Shown here piece by piece: positions 53,294-62,952 of a stretch of 64,000 bases of DNA (position 1 is the first letter of the stretch; each line of letters begins with the position of its first letter). The notes under the pieces are model-generated. The model was not told the DNA's origin and ran no database searches. It was given only the letters and a program-made list of their open reading frames with translations. The position numbers and the translations under genes are program-made. Source of the stretch: Nostoc sp. DedSLP01 (GTDB lineage: Bacteria > Cyanobacteriota > Cyanobacteriia > Cyanobacteriales > Nostocaceae); NCBI GenBank assembly GCA_034530875.2, contig JAVRCJ020000001.1:192001-256000 (forward strand). The letters run 5' to 3'.

Positions 53294-56200
53294 ATGATTA
53301 ATAATTTTGCAGGTACAGATGTTGCTAGTATCTCAATTTCTGAAGTTTTTATGGCTTTGGTAACAGGAAATATACTAGATGAACCGTATGAACCATCAAG
53401 GATTGGAAAAATTTCCTGGCTCACAACGACACAAAGAGATTTATATCTGGATAATATGCTTCATCCAGATAATACTGTTTTCAGTTTAGGATTATCGATA
53501 AAGCTGCCACAAAATTTAGATACATATACTTGGGAACAGGCGATAAGAATAGTATGTCAAGAAGATGACACAATTAAGACTAAGTTTATTTTTTATCAAG
53601 GTGAAGCTTTTCAATTTGTAGATAACAATGCTGATATTCATTTTGAATTTATAGAAATAGGTACTAGAAATGCTGATTTTAATAGTTTAGAACAGGTTGT
53701 AAAAGAAAAAATTAAAGTCAAGCTAGAACTTGACAAAAACTATTTATTTAAAAATGTTTTAGTCAAAGATGGACAGGGTGGTTATACTGCTATTTTAGGT
53801 GCGCCTCATATTCTTTTTGATGGATATTCTGGCAAGGTTTTCTTTGAAAGAGTTGCAAAAGTCTATTTAGATTTAAAAGCAGGCAATATTACTCGAAAAT
53901 TTAAATATAGTTCTTTTTATGATTCTATTCAGGAGCATTTGCTTGAATTTGATACTCAAGAAATTCAGCAGTACTGGCAGGAATCTTTAAGTAAGGTTAT
54001 TCCTGTCACGTCTTATATAAAATCCAAAGAAGAAAACAAAGCTCAATCTAGAAAAGTACAAATTACAGGGAATGACCTAGAACATATTAGAAAATATTGC
54101 CAAATAAATAAATGTAATATTCCAGCTTTTTTTAGGGCTGTGTATGGTATTTACTTGAGCAAGTATTTACAAGCGTCAGGAGATTTTGTCTTTTATGATA
54201 TTATCGGTAAAAGAAATAAGCAAACACTTAATGTTTTAGGTTGTCTATATCAAGTAGTTCCGATTATTATTCCTCAAGATAGCCTAGAAAAAAATAACAA
54301 TATTGGTAATTACCTTTCATATATAACTGATTATCGCAAAAATTTAAATCATTATCAAAACATTTCTGTTTTTTTACAGAAAAAATTTATAAAAGATGAA
54401 CAATTAAAATTTTTCTATAATTTCTATAAGTTCAGCGTGCTTAATCTGCCTGTTGCCGAAGAAAATACCAGATTAACTGTTTATAATTCTTTTGCAGATA
54501 ATGAAGTTCATCTTATAATTAATGAGTTTAAAGATAGTCTAGAAATAGAATTTTTTTATAACGAAGCTTATTTCGTATATATAAAAACTTTAGAAAGATT
54601 GCTATTTATAGCTAATCAAATTATTCAAGGTTGTGAATATTTTGAGCAATTGAAGATATTACCAGAAAACGAACATCAAGAACTATTAGAAAGCTGGAAT
54701 GATACCAGTAAGAATTATGCATTAGATAAATGCGTTCATCAGCTCTTTGAAGCGCAGGTAGAGCGATCGCCAAACACCGTAGCTGTAGTATTTAAAGAGG
54801 CAGAAAATAACCGCGAACAATCTTCACTCACTTACCAACAGCTAAATCAGCGAGCGAATCAGTTAGCACATTATCTGCATTCGCTAGGCGTGAAGCCAGA
54901 TATGCCTGTGGGAATCTGTGTCGAGAGAAGTCTAGAAACGGCGATCGCAGTTTTGGCGGTTCTCAAAGCTGGTGGTGCTTACGTACCATTAGATCCAGCG
55001 TATCCTAAGGATCGTTTAGCTTTCACGATCGAGGATACGCAAATATCTGTATTGCTCACTCAGCAGCAATTACTACCAGAGCTTCCCAAACATCAGGCAC
55101 AAGTTATTTGTTTAGATACCGACTGGGATAAGATAGGCCAATACAGTCAGGAAAATCCCTCTACAGAAGTCACAGCAGAGAATTTAGCCTATATCATCTA
55201 CACCTCTGGTTCAACAGGCAGACCAAAAGGCATCTGTTTAGGCCATCGTCCTTTAGTGAATTTACTCGAATGGCATCTAAATTCACTATTAACAGGTGTC
55301 CGTACCTTGCAATTTGCCTCCTTAAGCTTTGATGCCAGCTTTCATGAAATGTTTGCTGCTTGGTGTTCGGGAGGAACTTTATTTCTCATCTCAGAAAACT
55401 TGCGTCGGGACACCACAGCTTTAGCTTACTTCATTCACAACCAAGAAATTGAAAAAGCGATTTTGCCTGTTGTCATCCTACAGCAAATGGCAGAACTAGC
55501 CACATCTGGGTTGAAATTATTTACCAGCCTCAAAGAAGTTACCACCACAGGCGAACAACTGCAAATCACTCCTGCCATTGTCAAATTATTCAAATCCCTG
55601 CCACACTGCTCATTTCACAATCACTACGGCCCATCAGAAACCCATGTAGTAACGGCTTTAACATTAGATCCAAATCCTGATTCCTGGCCTGCTTATCCCT
55701 CCATAGGTCGTCCAATAGCTAACACTCAAATCTACATACTTGATACCGAGTTAAAACCAGTTCCTATCGGTGTTCCGGGAGAACTATATATTGGTGGCGT
55801 TAGTTTAGCTAGGGGTTATCTCAATCGGCCAGATTTAACTAACGAACGCTTTATTGCCAATCCCTTCCAAAGAGGCAGAGGGGCAGAGGAGCAGAGGAGG
55901 CAGTGCGGTCTTGGGGGTTTCCCCCATGAGCAACTGCCGTCGAGCAGAGGGGATGGAGAAAGCTGCGATCGCTTGTATAAAACAGGCGACTTAGTTTGTT
56001 ACTTACCAGATGGGAACATTGAATATCTCGGTCGGATAGACCAACAGGTGAAGATTCGCGGCTTCCGCATTGAGTTAGGGGAAATCGAGACAATACTCTT
56101 GCAACATCCTGACGTGCGCAAAGCCGCAGTCATAGCGCGTGAGGATGTAGCTGGAGAAAAGCGCCTAGTTGGTTATATTGTTTCTAACCTAATTCCAGAA

Positions 56201-59200
56201 CGAGTACCTTATCAAAGTCTTTGTCGAGTCGAGACTGATGATAATCGGATAGTGGAAGTACAAACAGAAGATATCTCCAATGGTGGCGTGTGCTTAGTAG
56301 AAGTGCCATTTAGTTGGGCAAAAGGTAAACGAGTCCGTCTTTGTCTGAGGTTGCCAGTAATATCAGAAGAACTTTGGATAGACGGTTGTATTGCTTGGTG
56401 TCAGGGTAAGCGGGCTGGTGTTGAGTTGACTCTAACACCTAGTGAAAAAGTCCTCTTTAACCAAAGCATAGAGTATATCTTAGAAACTCAACATTTATGG
56501 AAAACCTTGCAGCGGACAATAAGTGGCAATCTTCGGAGATTTCTCCAACAGAAGTTACCAGACTATATGCTGCCTTCCAGTTTTGTGATGTTAAATGTAT
56601 TGCCGCTAACACCGAATGGCAAAGTAGATCGTCGTTCCCTACCAGTACCCGATCGCAACCGATGGAATCAAGAGCAAGATTTTGTTTCACCCCGTACTGC
56701 CGTTGAGGAAGTACTAACAAAAATTTGGCTGAAAGTTTTGAAGTTACAGCAGATTAGCATCCACGATAACTTTTTTGAGGTTGGGGGACACTCACTGTTA
56801 GCGACACAGGTAATTTCTCGGATTCGAGATACCTATCAGTTGGATATACCATTACGGCGTTTATTCGATGCACCTACTGTTGCTAGCTTGGCTGAAAGTA
56901 TCGAGGTGCAACTCAACCAAAATCAAGAATGGCATACTTGGGCGATCGCACCTGCAGGGCGCAACCAAAACTTGCCCCTTTCCTTTGCCCAGCAGCGATT
57001 GTGGTTCCTCGAACAGTTGTTGCCTGACAGTCCCTTTTACAATTTCCCCCAAACTTTTCACCTGTTTGGTCAGGTAAATGTGAAAGCTTTAGAGCAAAGC
57101 CTCAACGAAATTGTGCGACGGCACGAAGTTTTACGCACCACTTTTGCTTCATTAGATGGGCAGCCCGTACAAATTATTATTCCGGCTCTAAGTGTACTTA
57201 TACATCTGGTAGATTTGCGTTCTTTATCTGAATCAGAAAAAGATACAGAAATTCAACGATTACGGATTGAAGAGTTCCAACAACCTTTTAATATCAACCG
57301 CGGCCCATTATTGCGAGCAGCCCTAATACAGATAGATGCAGAAGAATCTTTACTGCTTTTGAGCATTCACCACATTGTTTTTGATGGTTGGTCTGTGAGC
57401 GTATTGTTTCAAGAACTGACATTGCTGTATCAAGCTTTTGCTAATGGTTTACCTTCTCCTTTGTCTGAATTGCCCATTCAGTATGCAGACTTTGCTGTTT
57501 GGCAGAGACAATGGTTGCAAGGAAAAGTCATATCAGAGCAACTGAGTTATTGGAAGCAACAGCTAGCAGATTTACCCATTTTACAGTTGCCAAGCAATCG
57601 CCCCCGTCCAGCCATCCAAACTTATCGCGGAGCGCGTCAACCTCTAGCATTCTCCAAATCTCTTAGCGAGGCAGTAACTCGGTTCAGCCAACAAGAGGGA
57701 TGTACCTTGTTTATGACCCTCTTAGCAGCATTTCAAACGCTGTTATACCGCTATACGAGTAGTGAAGACATCATAGTAGGCTCGTTAATTGCCAATCGCC
57801 ATCATCAGGAAATCGAGAGTTTAATCGGATTCTTTGTTAACACTTTAGTACTACGCAGTGATTTTTCTGATTCTCCAACGTTCCGCCAGCTGCTCAAGCA
57901 AGTACGAGAAGTTACTTTAGAAGCTTACGCTCATCAAGACGTACCCTTTGAAAAACTGGTGGAGGAACTAGAACCAGAGCGTGATTTGAGCCGCCATCCT
58001 TTATTCCAAATCTGCTTTGCACTGCAAAATGTACCCATACAAGCTTTGGAACTTTCCGGTTTAACAATCAACCATCGCTTAGAACACAATGGTACAGCCA
58101 AGTTCGATTTATTCCTAGAATTATTTGAAACGCCAGATGGAATTAGTGGTTGGTTTGAGTACAGCACTGACTTATTTGATGCTGCTAGTGTCTCTCGGTT
58201 AGGAGAAAATTTCCAGACTTTAGTTGCGGGGATTGTCGCTAATCCAGACCAGAGAGTGGCAGATTTACCGCTTTTAACATCTGGTGAACGCCAACAATTA
58301 TTAGTGGAATGGAATCAAACTCAAGCACACTACCCGCAACAAACTTGCATTCATCAACTATTTGAAGCCCAAGTTAAGCGCGTACCTGACTCCATAGCAG
58401 CGATATTTGCAGACCAACAAATAACCTACCGTGAATTGAATGCTAGAGCCAATCAGTTAGCCCGTCATTTACAAGCTTTAGGTGTAGGGCCAGATGTATT
58501 AGTAGGGATTTGTCTAGAACGTTCTTTAGACGCGATGATAGCTTTACTAGGGATTCTCAAAGCTGGTGGGGCTTATATACCTCTAGATCCAGCCTATCCC
58601 CAGCAGCGTTTATCTTTGATGGTGTCAGATTCGCAGCTATCAGTACTCCTAACCCAGCAGCATTTGTTGGCACAACTTCCTCAACATCAAGCGCATATTG
58701 TCTGTTTGGATAAAGACTGGCAGGATATTGCTACACAAAACCAAGACAACCTAGATACTAATGTTAATCCTGACAACTTAGCTTATGTAATCTACACCTC
58801 CGGTTCCACAGGCAAACCGAAAGGCGTACAAATTATGCACGACTCTGTAGTTAATTTCCTGCACTTCATGGGTCAACATTTGGAACTGACAGAGCAAGAC
58901 ACACTGCTTTCCGTTACTACCTTATCGTTTGATATTGCCGTACTCGAAATTTTCTTACCCATTACTCTCGGTGCGCGTGTTGTCACGGTCAGTCGCGAAG
59001 AGGCTATGGATGGCAAAGCGTTAATTGCAAAATTAACCAATGGCATTACCGTTATGCAAGCTACTCCAGCCACTTGGCAACTGCTTCTAGAGGCAGGTTG
59101 GCAAGGTAGTAAAGATTTGAAAATCTTCTGTGGTGGGGAAGCTTTGCCGAGAAAATTAGCTAAACAATTGCAACAGCGATGCGCTACTTTATGGAACGTT

Positions 59201-62200
59201 TATGGCCCGACTGAAACAACCATTTGGTCAGCAACATATAAAGTTGCATCTGAAGACGGACAAGTTCTAATTGGTCGCCCTATGGCCAATACTCAGTTCT
59301 ACATACTTGACTCTCAGTTACAACCTGTACCTGTAGGTGTGCCAGGAGAACTTTACATTGGTGGTGCTGGTTTAGCACGCGGTTATCTCAATCGCCCCGA
59401 TTTGACGGAAGCTCGGTTTATTCCTAATCCGTTTAATAACTCAAAAGCAAGCGATCGCCTTTATAAAACTGGAGATTTAGTTCGTTATCTTCCTGATGGC
59501 AATGTCGAGTATCTTAGCCGTATCGACCACCAAGTGAAGATTCGTGGCTTCCGAATTGAGCTAGGCGAGATTGAAGCCGTTTTGACGCAACATCCCTCAG
59601 TCCAGAAAGGTGTAGTCATAGATCGGGAAGATATACCCGGACAAAAGCGTTTAGTAGCATATTTAGTGCAGAATCAACAAGATGAGAATGTCCCATTATT
59701 AGCAAATTGGCAAACCGAACACCTTTCCCAGTGGCAAACAATCTACGATCAAACCTACAAGCAAACTACTGAGGAACAGAACCGCGTATTTAATACTATT
59801 GGCTGGAACAGTAGTTATACAGGTATGCCTATTCCTGCCGAAGAAATGCGCGAGTGGGTAGATTGCACTGTTGAACGCATTCTTTCTCTGCAACCCAGCC
59901 AAGTACTAGAAATTGGTTGCGGTACAGGTTTGTTGTTATGCAAAATTATTTCCCATTGCAGTAAGTATTGGGGGACTGATTTCGCACCGGAAGCATTGCG
60001 ACAAATCCAACAGTTGCAAATGTCCGGTCAAGATTGGCCGCAACTGACTTTGTTGCAAAGACCTGCGGACAATTTTGAGGGTATTGAGACAGATGCCTTC
60101 AATACAGTAATTATCAATTCAGTAGTTCAGTATTTTCCTAGCATTGACTATCTGCTGCAAGTTTTGACAGGAGCAGTCAATGCTGTGCAGCCTGGTGGTT
60201 TTATATTTATCGGAGATGTACGCAGTCTACCTTTACTAGAGGCTTACCACACTTCTGTAGCCCTGTATCAAGCATCATCTACACTTTCCACGATACAGTT
60301 ACAAGAGCGCATTCGCCAACGCCTCAACCAAGAGGAAGAACTGGTAATTGACCCAGACTTTTTTAGAGCATTAGGACAGCACTTGCCTAAGATAGGCCGC
60401 GTTCAAATTCAAGTCAAACGAGGTCAGCATCATAACGAACTGACAAAGTTTCGCTACGATGCGATTTTACATATAGGAACTGATACTGATAGCACTGTCG
60501 GAATTACTTGGTTGGATTGGCAACAACAACAGCTAACTTTGTCATCTGTTCGTCACCTGTTATTAGCAACTGAGCCAGAGATTTTAGGAATCAAAAATGT
60601 ACCCAATGCCAGAGTAATTCAGGAAATCAAGACTATAGAATTGCTCAACAGTCCAGAAGGGCTGAACACAGTAGGCGAAGTGCGATCGCATTTAGAACAA
60701 CTTCCCCAGATTGGCATCGATCCGGAAGAATTGTGGAATTTAAGCCAAGATTTACCCTATTTGCTCGATATTACTTGGTCAGAATCGAGTGTGGTTGACT
60801 GTTACGACGTAGTTTTCAGACATAACCAAAAAGAAGGGGTGACAAATGTGATCGCTAATCGAGATACAGTTGCTCTTAAACCTTGGAATTACTATGCCAA
60901 TCAACCTCTACAGGGCAAATTTACCCGCAAACTGGCAGTAGAACTCCGCCGCTTTCTGGAACAAAAGCTACCAGAATATATGATACCTACAGCTTTTGTC
61001 AGCTTAGAGAAATTGCCATTAACACCTAATGGTAAGTTAGATCGGCGATCGCTACCTGCACCAGATCAGTCCAGAAGCAGTCTGGAAGCAGCATTAGTTA
61101 CACCTCGTACTCCTACTGAGTCAAAAATGGTTGCTATTTGGGCTAAAGTATTGGGTAGCGATCGTGTGGGAATTCAAGATAACTTCTTTGAACTAGGTGG
61201 TAATTCCCTATTAGCAACCCAGTTAATGATGTATCTACGAGAAACTTTTCAAGTAGAACTGCCTGTAAGATATATTTTTGAGCAGCAAACTATAGAAGGA
61301 CTCAGCCAAATCATTGACAAACTGCATCAAAAAGGCACTGCTGTTCTGGATACTGTTGTTAATCTAAAAGCTGAAGCAGTACTAGATCCAAACATTTATC
61401 CTCAAGGAATCCTTGCCCAGGATATCACCCAGCCAAATCATATTTTCTTAACAGGAGCAACAGGCTTTTTAGGTGCTTTCTTAATCCATGAATTACTAGA
61501 GCAAACTCAGGCAAAAATATATTGTCTCGTGCGTGCTAAGAACGAAACTGAAGGGTTGAAAAGGCTACAAAAAACCCTAGAAAAATATTTAATTTGGGAT
61601 GCAAGCCAAAGTTCTAGAATCATCCCCATACCAGGAGATTTAGCTTTACCTCGTTTTGGAGTTTCTGTAGAGCAATTTGAGAAGTTAGTACAGCAAATTG
61701 ATGTTATTTATCATAGCGGCGCTCAAGTCAACTTTGCTAAACCATATTCTGTAATTAAGGCAGCAAATGTTCTTGGTACACAAGAAGTTCTCAGATTAGC
61801 GTGTCAGCATCAACTCAAGCCAGTACACTACATCTCAACAATGGCTGTTTTTGGCGCAATGGCCAGTATAAATGGGTTGAATGTCCTTTATGAGGATGAC
61901 GGCATTGATCAGAGTGAACCTTATCTTTCTCAAGAGATTGGCTATACACAAAGTAAATGGGTAGCTGAAAAACTTGTTTGGATTGCTAAATCTAGAGGAA
62001 TCCCTGTAACAGTTATTAGATCGGGATTTTTAATGGGTCATCCTCAGACTGGTGTCACTAATACAGATGACTTCATATCTAGATTGATTGTAGGTTGTAT
62101 ACAAGTAGGTAGTTTTCCAGAACTAATCAATCAAAAACAAGATTTAATTACTGTAGATTATGCCAGTAAAGCCATTGTTCAAATATCTCAGAAAAAAGAA

Positions 62201-62569
62201 TCTTTAGGAAAGGCGTTTCATATAGTGCCTTTAGCATCGGAAAACATTGATTTAATTAAATTATTTGAGTTGATATCAGCTTGTGGATACCAACTTCAGA
62301 AAGTACCATATTCCCAATGGACAGATAATTTAATTAATCAAGCTCAGTATTCCCAGTCAAATCCCTTATTCGCTCTTTTACCTATGTTCACTGAAAAAGT
62401 GAATCCAGAACAGGCTGCATGGGAGCTATATCAAAACACTGCTAATTTAGACTGTCGCAATACCATAAATGCAATTGCCAATACATCAATTAAATGTCCA
62501 TCAATGGATGCGGAATTAATCGGTAAATATTTAGATTATTTTCAACGCAGCGGATTTTTGAGTATGTAA
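53294..62569 (+). CDS. Two-module NRPS: C(starter)-A(PilZ-like insert)-T-C-A(N-MT insert)-T-R (terminal reductase)
   Basis: PHILFDG and HHIVFDG; two YTSGSTG.PKG; GGHSL and GGNSL; VLEIGCGTG; TGATGFLG and YTQSK; DISNGG PilZ-like motif at 56270. Confidence 0.93.
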   Translation: MINNFAGTDVASISISEVFMALVTGNILDEPYEPSRIGKISWLTTTQRDLYLDNMLHPDNTVFSLGLSIKLPQNLDTYTWEQAIRIVCQEDDTIKTKFIFYQGEAFQFVDNNADIHFEFIEIGTRNADFNSLEQVVKEKIKVKLELDKNYLFKNVLVKDGQGGYTAILGAPHILFDGYSGKVFFERVAKVYLDLKAGNITRKFKYSSFYDSIQEHLLEFDTQEIQQYWQESLSKVIPVTSYIKSKEENKAQSRKVQITGNDLEHIRKYCQINKCNIPAFFRAVYGIYLSKYLQASGDFVFYDIIGKRNKQTLNVLGCLYQVVPIIIPQDSLEKNNNIGNYLSYITDYRKNLNHYQNISVFLQKKFIKDEQLKFFYNFYKFSVLNLPVAEENTRLTVYNSFADNEVHLIINEFKDSLEIEFFYNEAYFVYIKTLERLLFIANQIIQGCEYFEQLKILPENEHQELLESWNDTSKNYALDKCVHQLFEAQVERSPNTVAVVFKEAENNREQSSLTYQQLNQRANQLAHYLHSLGVKPDMPVGICVERSLETAIAVLAVLKAGGAYVPLDPAYPKDRLAFTIEDTQISVLLTQQQLLPELPKHQAQVICLDTDWDKIGQYSQENPSTEVTAENLAYIIYTSGSTGRPKGICLGHRPLVNLLEWHLNSLLTGVRTLQFASLSFDASFHEMFAAWCSGGTLFLISENLRRDTTALAYFIHNQEIEKAILPVVILQQMAELATSGLKLFTSLKEVTTTGEQLQITPAIVKLFKSLPHCSFHNHYGPSETHVVTALTLDPNPDSWPAYPSIGRPIANTQIYILDTELKPVPIGVPGELYIGGVSLARGYLNRPDLTNERFIANPFQRGRGAEEQRRQCGLGGFPHEQLPSSRGDGESCDRLYKTGDLVCYLPDGNIEYLGRIDQQVKIRGFRIELGEIETILLQHPDVRKAAVIAREDVAGEKRLVGYIVSNLIPERVPYQSLCRVETDDNRIVEVQTEDISNGGVCLVEVPFSWAKGKRVRLCLRLPVISEELWIDGCIAWCQGKRAGVELTLTPSEKVLFNQSIEYILETQHLWKTLQRTISGNLRRFLQQKLPDYMLPSSFVMLNVLPLTPNGKVDRRSLPVPDRNRWNQEQDFVSPRTAVEEVLTKIWLKVLKLQQISIHDNFFEVGGHSLLATQVISRIRDTYQLDIPLRRLFDAPTVASLAESIEVQLNQNQEWHTWAIAPAGRNQNLPLSFAQQRLWFLEQLLPDSPFYNFPQTFHLFGQVNVKALEQSLNEIVRRHEVLRTTFASLDGQPVQIIIPALSVLIHLVDLRSLSESEKDTEIQRLRIEEFQQPFNINRGPLLRAALIQIDAEESLLLLSIHHIVFDGWSVSVLFQELTLLYQAFANGLPSPLSELPIQYADFAVWQRQWLQGKVISEQLSYWKQQLADLPILQLPSNRPRPAIQTYRGARQPLAFSKSLSEAVTRFSQQEGCTLFMTLLAAFQTLLYRYTSSEDIIVGSLIANRHHQEIESLIGFFVNTLVLRSDFSDSPTFRQLLKQVREVTLEAYAHQDVPFEKLVEELEPERDLSRHPLFQICFALQNVPIQALELSGLTINHRLEHNGTAKFDLFLELFETPDGISGWFEYSTDLFDAASVSRLGENFQTLVAGIVANPDQRVADLPLLTSGERQQLLVEWNQTQAHYPQQTCIHQLFEAQVKRVPDSIAAIFADQQITYRELNARANQLARHLQALGVGPDVLVGICLERSLDAMIALLGILKAGGAYIPLDPAYPQQRLSLMVSDSQLSVLLTQQHLLAQLPQHQAHIVCLDKDWQDIATQNQDNLDTNVNPDNLAYVIYTSGSTGKPKGVQIMHDSVVNFLHFMGQHLELTEQDTLLSVTTLSFDIAVLEIFLPITLGARVVTVSREEAMDGKALIAKLTNGITVMQATPATWQLLLEAGWQGSKDLKIFCGGEALPRKLAKQLQQRCATLWNVYGPTETTIWSATYKVASEDGQVLIGRPMANTQFYILDSQLQPVPVGVPGELYIGGAGLARGYLNRPDLTEARFIPNPFNNSKASDRLYKTGDLVRYLPDGNVEYLSRIDHQVKIRGFRIELGEIEAVLTQHPSVQKGVVIDREDIPGQKRLVAYLVQNQQDENVPLLANWQTEHLSQWQTIYDQTYKQTTEEQNRVFNTIGWNSSYTGMPIPAEEMREWVDCTVERILSLQPSQVLEIGCGTGLLLCKIISHCSKYWGTDFAPEALRQIQQLQMSGQDWPQLTLLQRPADNFEGIETDAFNTVIINSVVQYFPSIDYLLQVLTGAVNAVQPGGFIFIGDVRSLPLLEAYHTSVALYQASSTLSTIQLQERIRQRLNQEEELVIDPDFFRALGQHLPKIGRVQIQVKRGQHHNELTKFRYDAILHIGTDTDSTVGITWLDWQQQQLTLSSVRHLLLATEPEILGIKNVPNARVIQEIKTIELLNSPEGLNTVGEVRSHLEQLPQIGIDPEELWNLSQDLPYLLDITWSESSVVDCYDVVFRHNQKEGVTNVIANRDTVALKPWNYYANQPLQGKFTRKLAVELRRFLEQKLPEYMIPTAFVSLEKLPLTPNGKLDRRSLPAPDQSRSSLEAALVTPRTPTESKMVAIWAKVLGSDRVGIQDNFFELGGNSLLATQLMMYLRETFQVELPVRYIFEQQTIEGLSQIIDKLHQKGTAVLDTVVNLKAEAVLDPNIYPQGILAQDITQPNHIFLTGATGFLGAFLIHELLEQTQAKIYCLVRAKNETEGLKRLQKTLEKYLIWDASQSSRIIPIPGDLALPRFGVSVEQFEKLVQQIDVIYHSGAQVNFAKPYSVIKAANVLGTQEVLRLACQHQLKPVHYISTMAVFGAMASINGLNVLYEDDGIDQSEPYLSQEIGYTQSKWVAEKLVWIAKSRGIPVTVIRSGFLMGHPQTGVTNTDDFISRLIVGCIQVGSFPELINQKQDLITVDYASKAIVQISQKKESLGKAFHIVPLASENIDLIKLFELISACGYQLQKVPYSQWTDNLINQAQYSQSNPLFALLPMFTEKVNPEQAAWELYQNTANLDCRNTINAIANTSIKCPSMDAELIGKYLDYFQRSGFLSM
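55868..55965. repeat. STRR plus palindromic SDR inserted in frame in NRPS A1
   Basis: GCAGAGG(A/G) repeats flanking the GGCAGT...GGGGGTTTCCCCC...ACTGCC hairpin. Confidence 0.75.
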
Positions 62570-62795
62570 TAGACTTCTTGCAGAAGTCGGGAAAAGGGGG
62601 AAAGGTTTGGTATTTTCCCTTCCCCTACAAAAGTGCTTTTTGCACTTTTGAAATAGATCTAATATGCATAAGCTGTCACACATTTAAATTGCACATTTTA
62701 TCGTGTTTGTTGTTAACTATTGACGGTTGACAGTTAATCGTCATCGGTCAATAAACTTAGGAAGTGACTGTACAATTTAAGAGCCGAATAGCTTA
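62568..62795. repeat. Two adjacent IR-bounded repeat elements
   Basis: TAGACTTCTTGCA..GAAATAGATCTA, then TAAGCTG..TTAAATTGCACA / TGTACAATTTAA..TAGCTTA with GTTGAC heptamers. Confidence 0.5.
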
Positions 62796-62952
62796 GTAGA
62801 TACGGTTAATATCTACTCATGAATACCTAATTTAATAATAATTAATTTTCGGTATTTTTGAGTAGCTTAACTTATCAATAAAATCTGATTAATTTAAGTG
62901 TTTTTATCAATTACTGTAAACATTAAAACAGCTAAATTTAAATTATACATAG

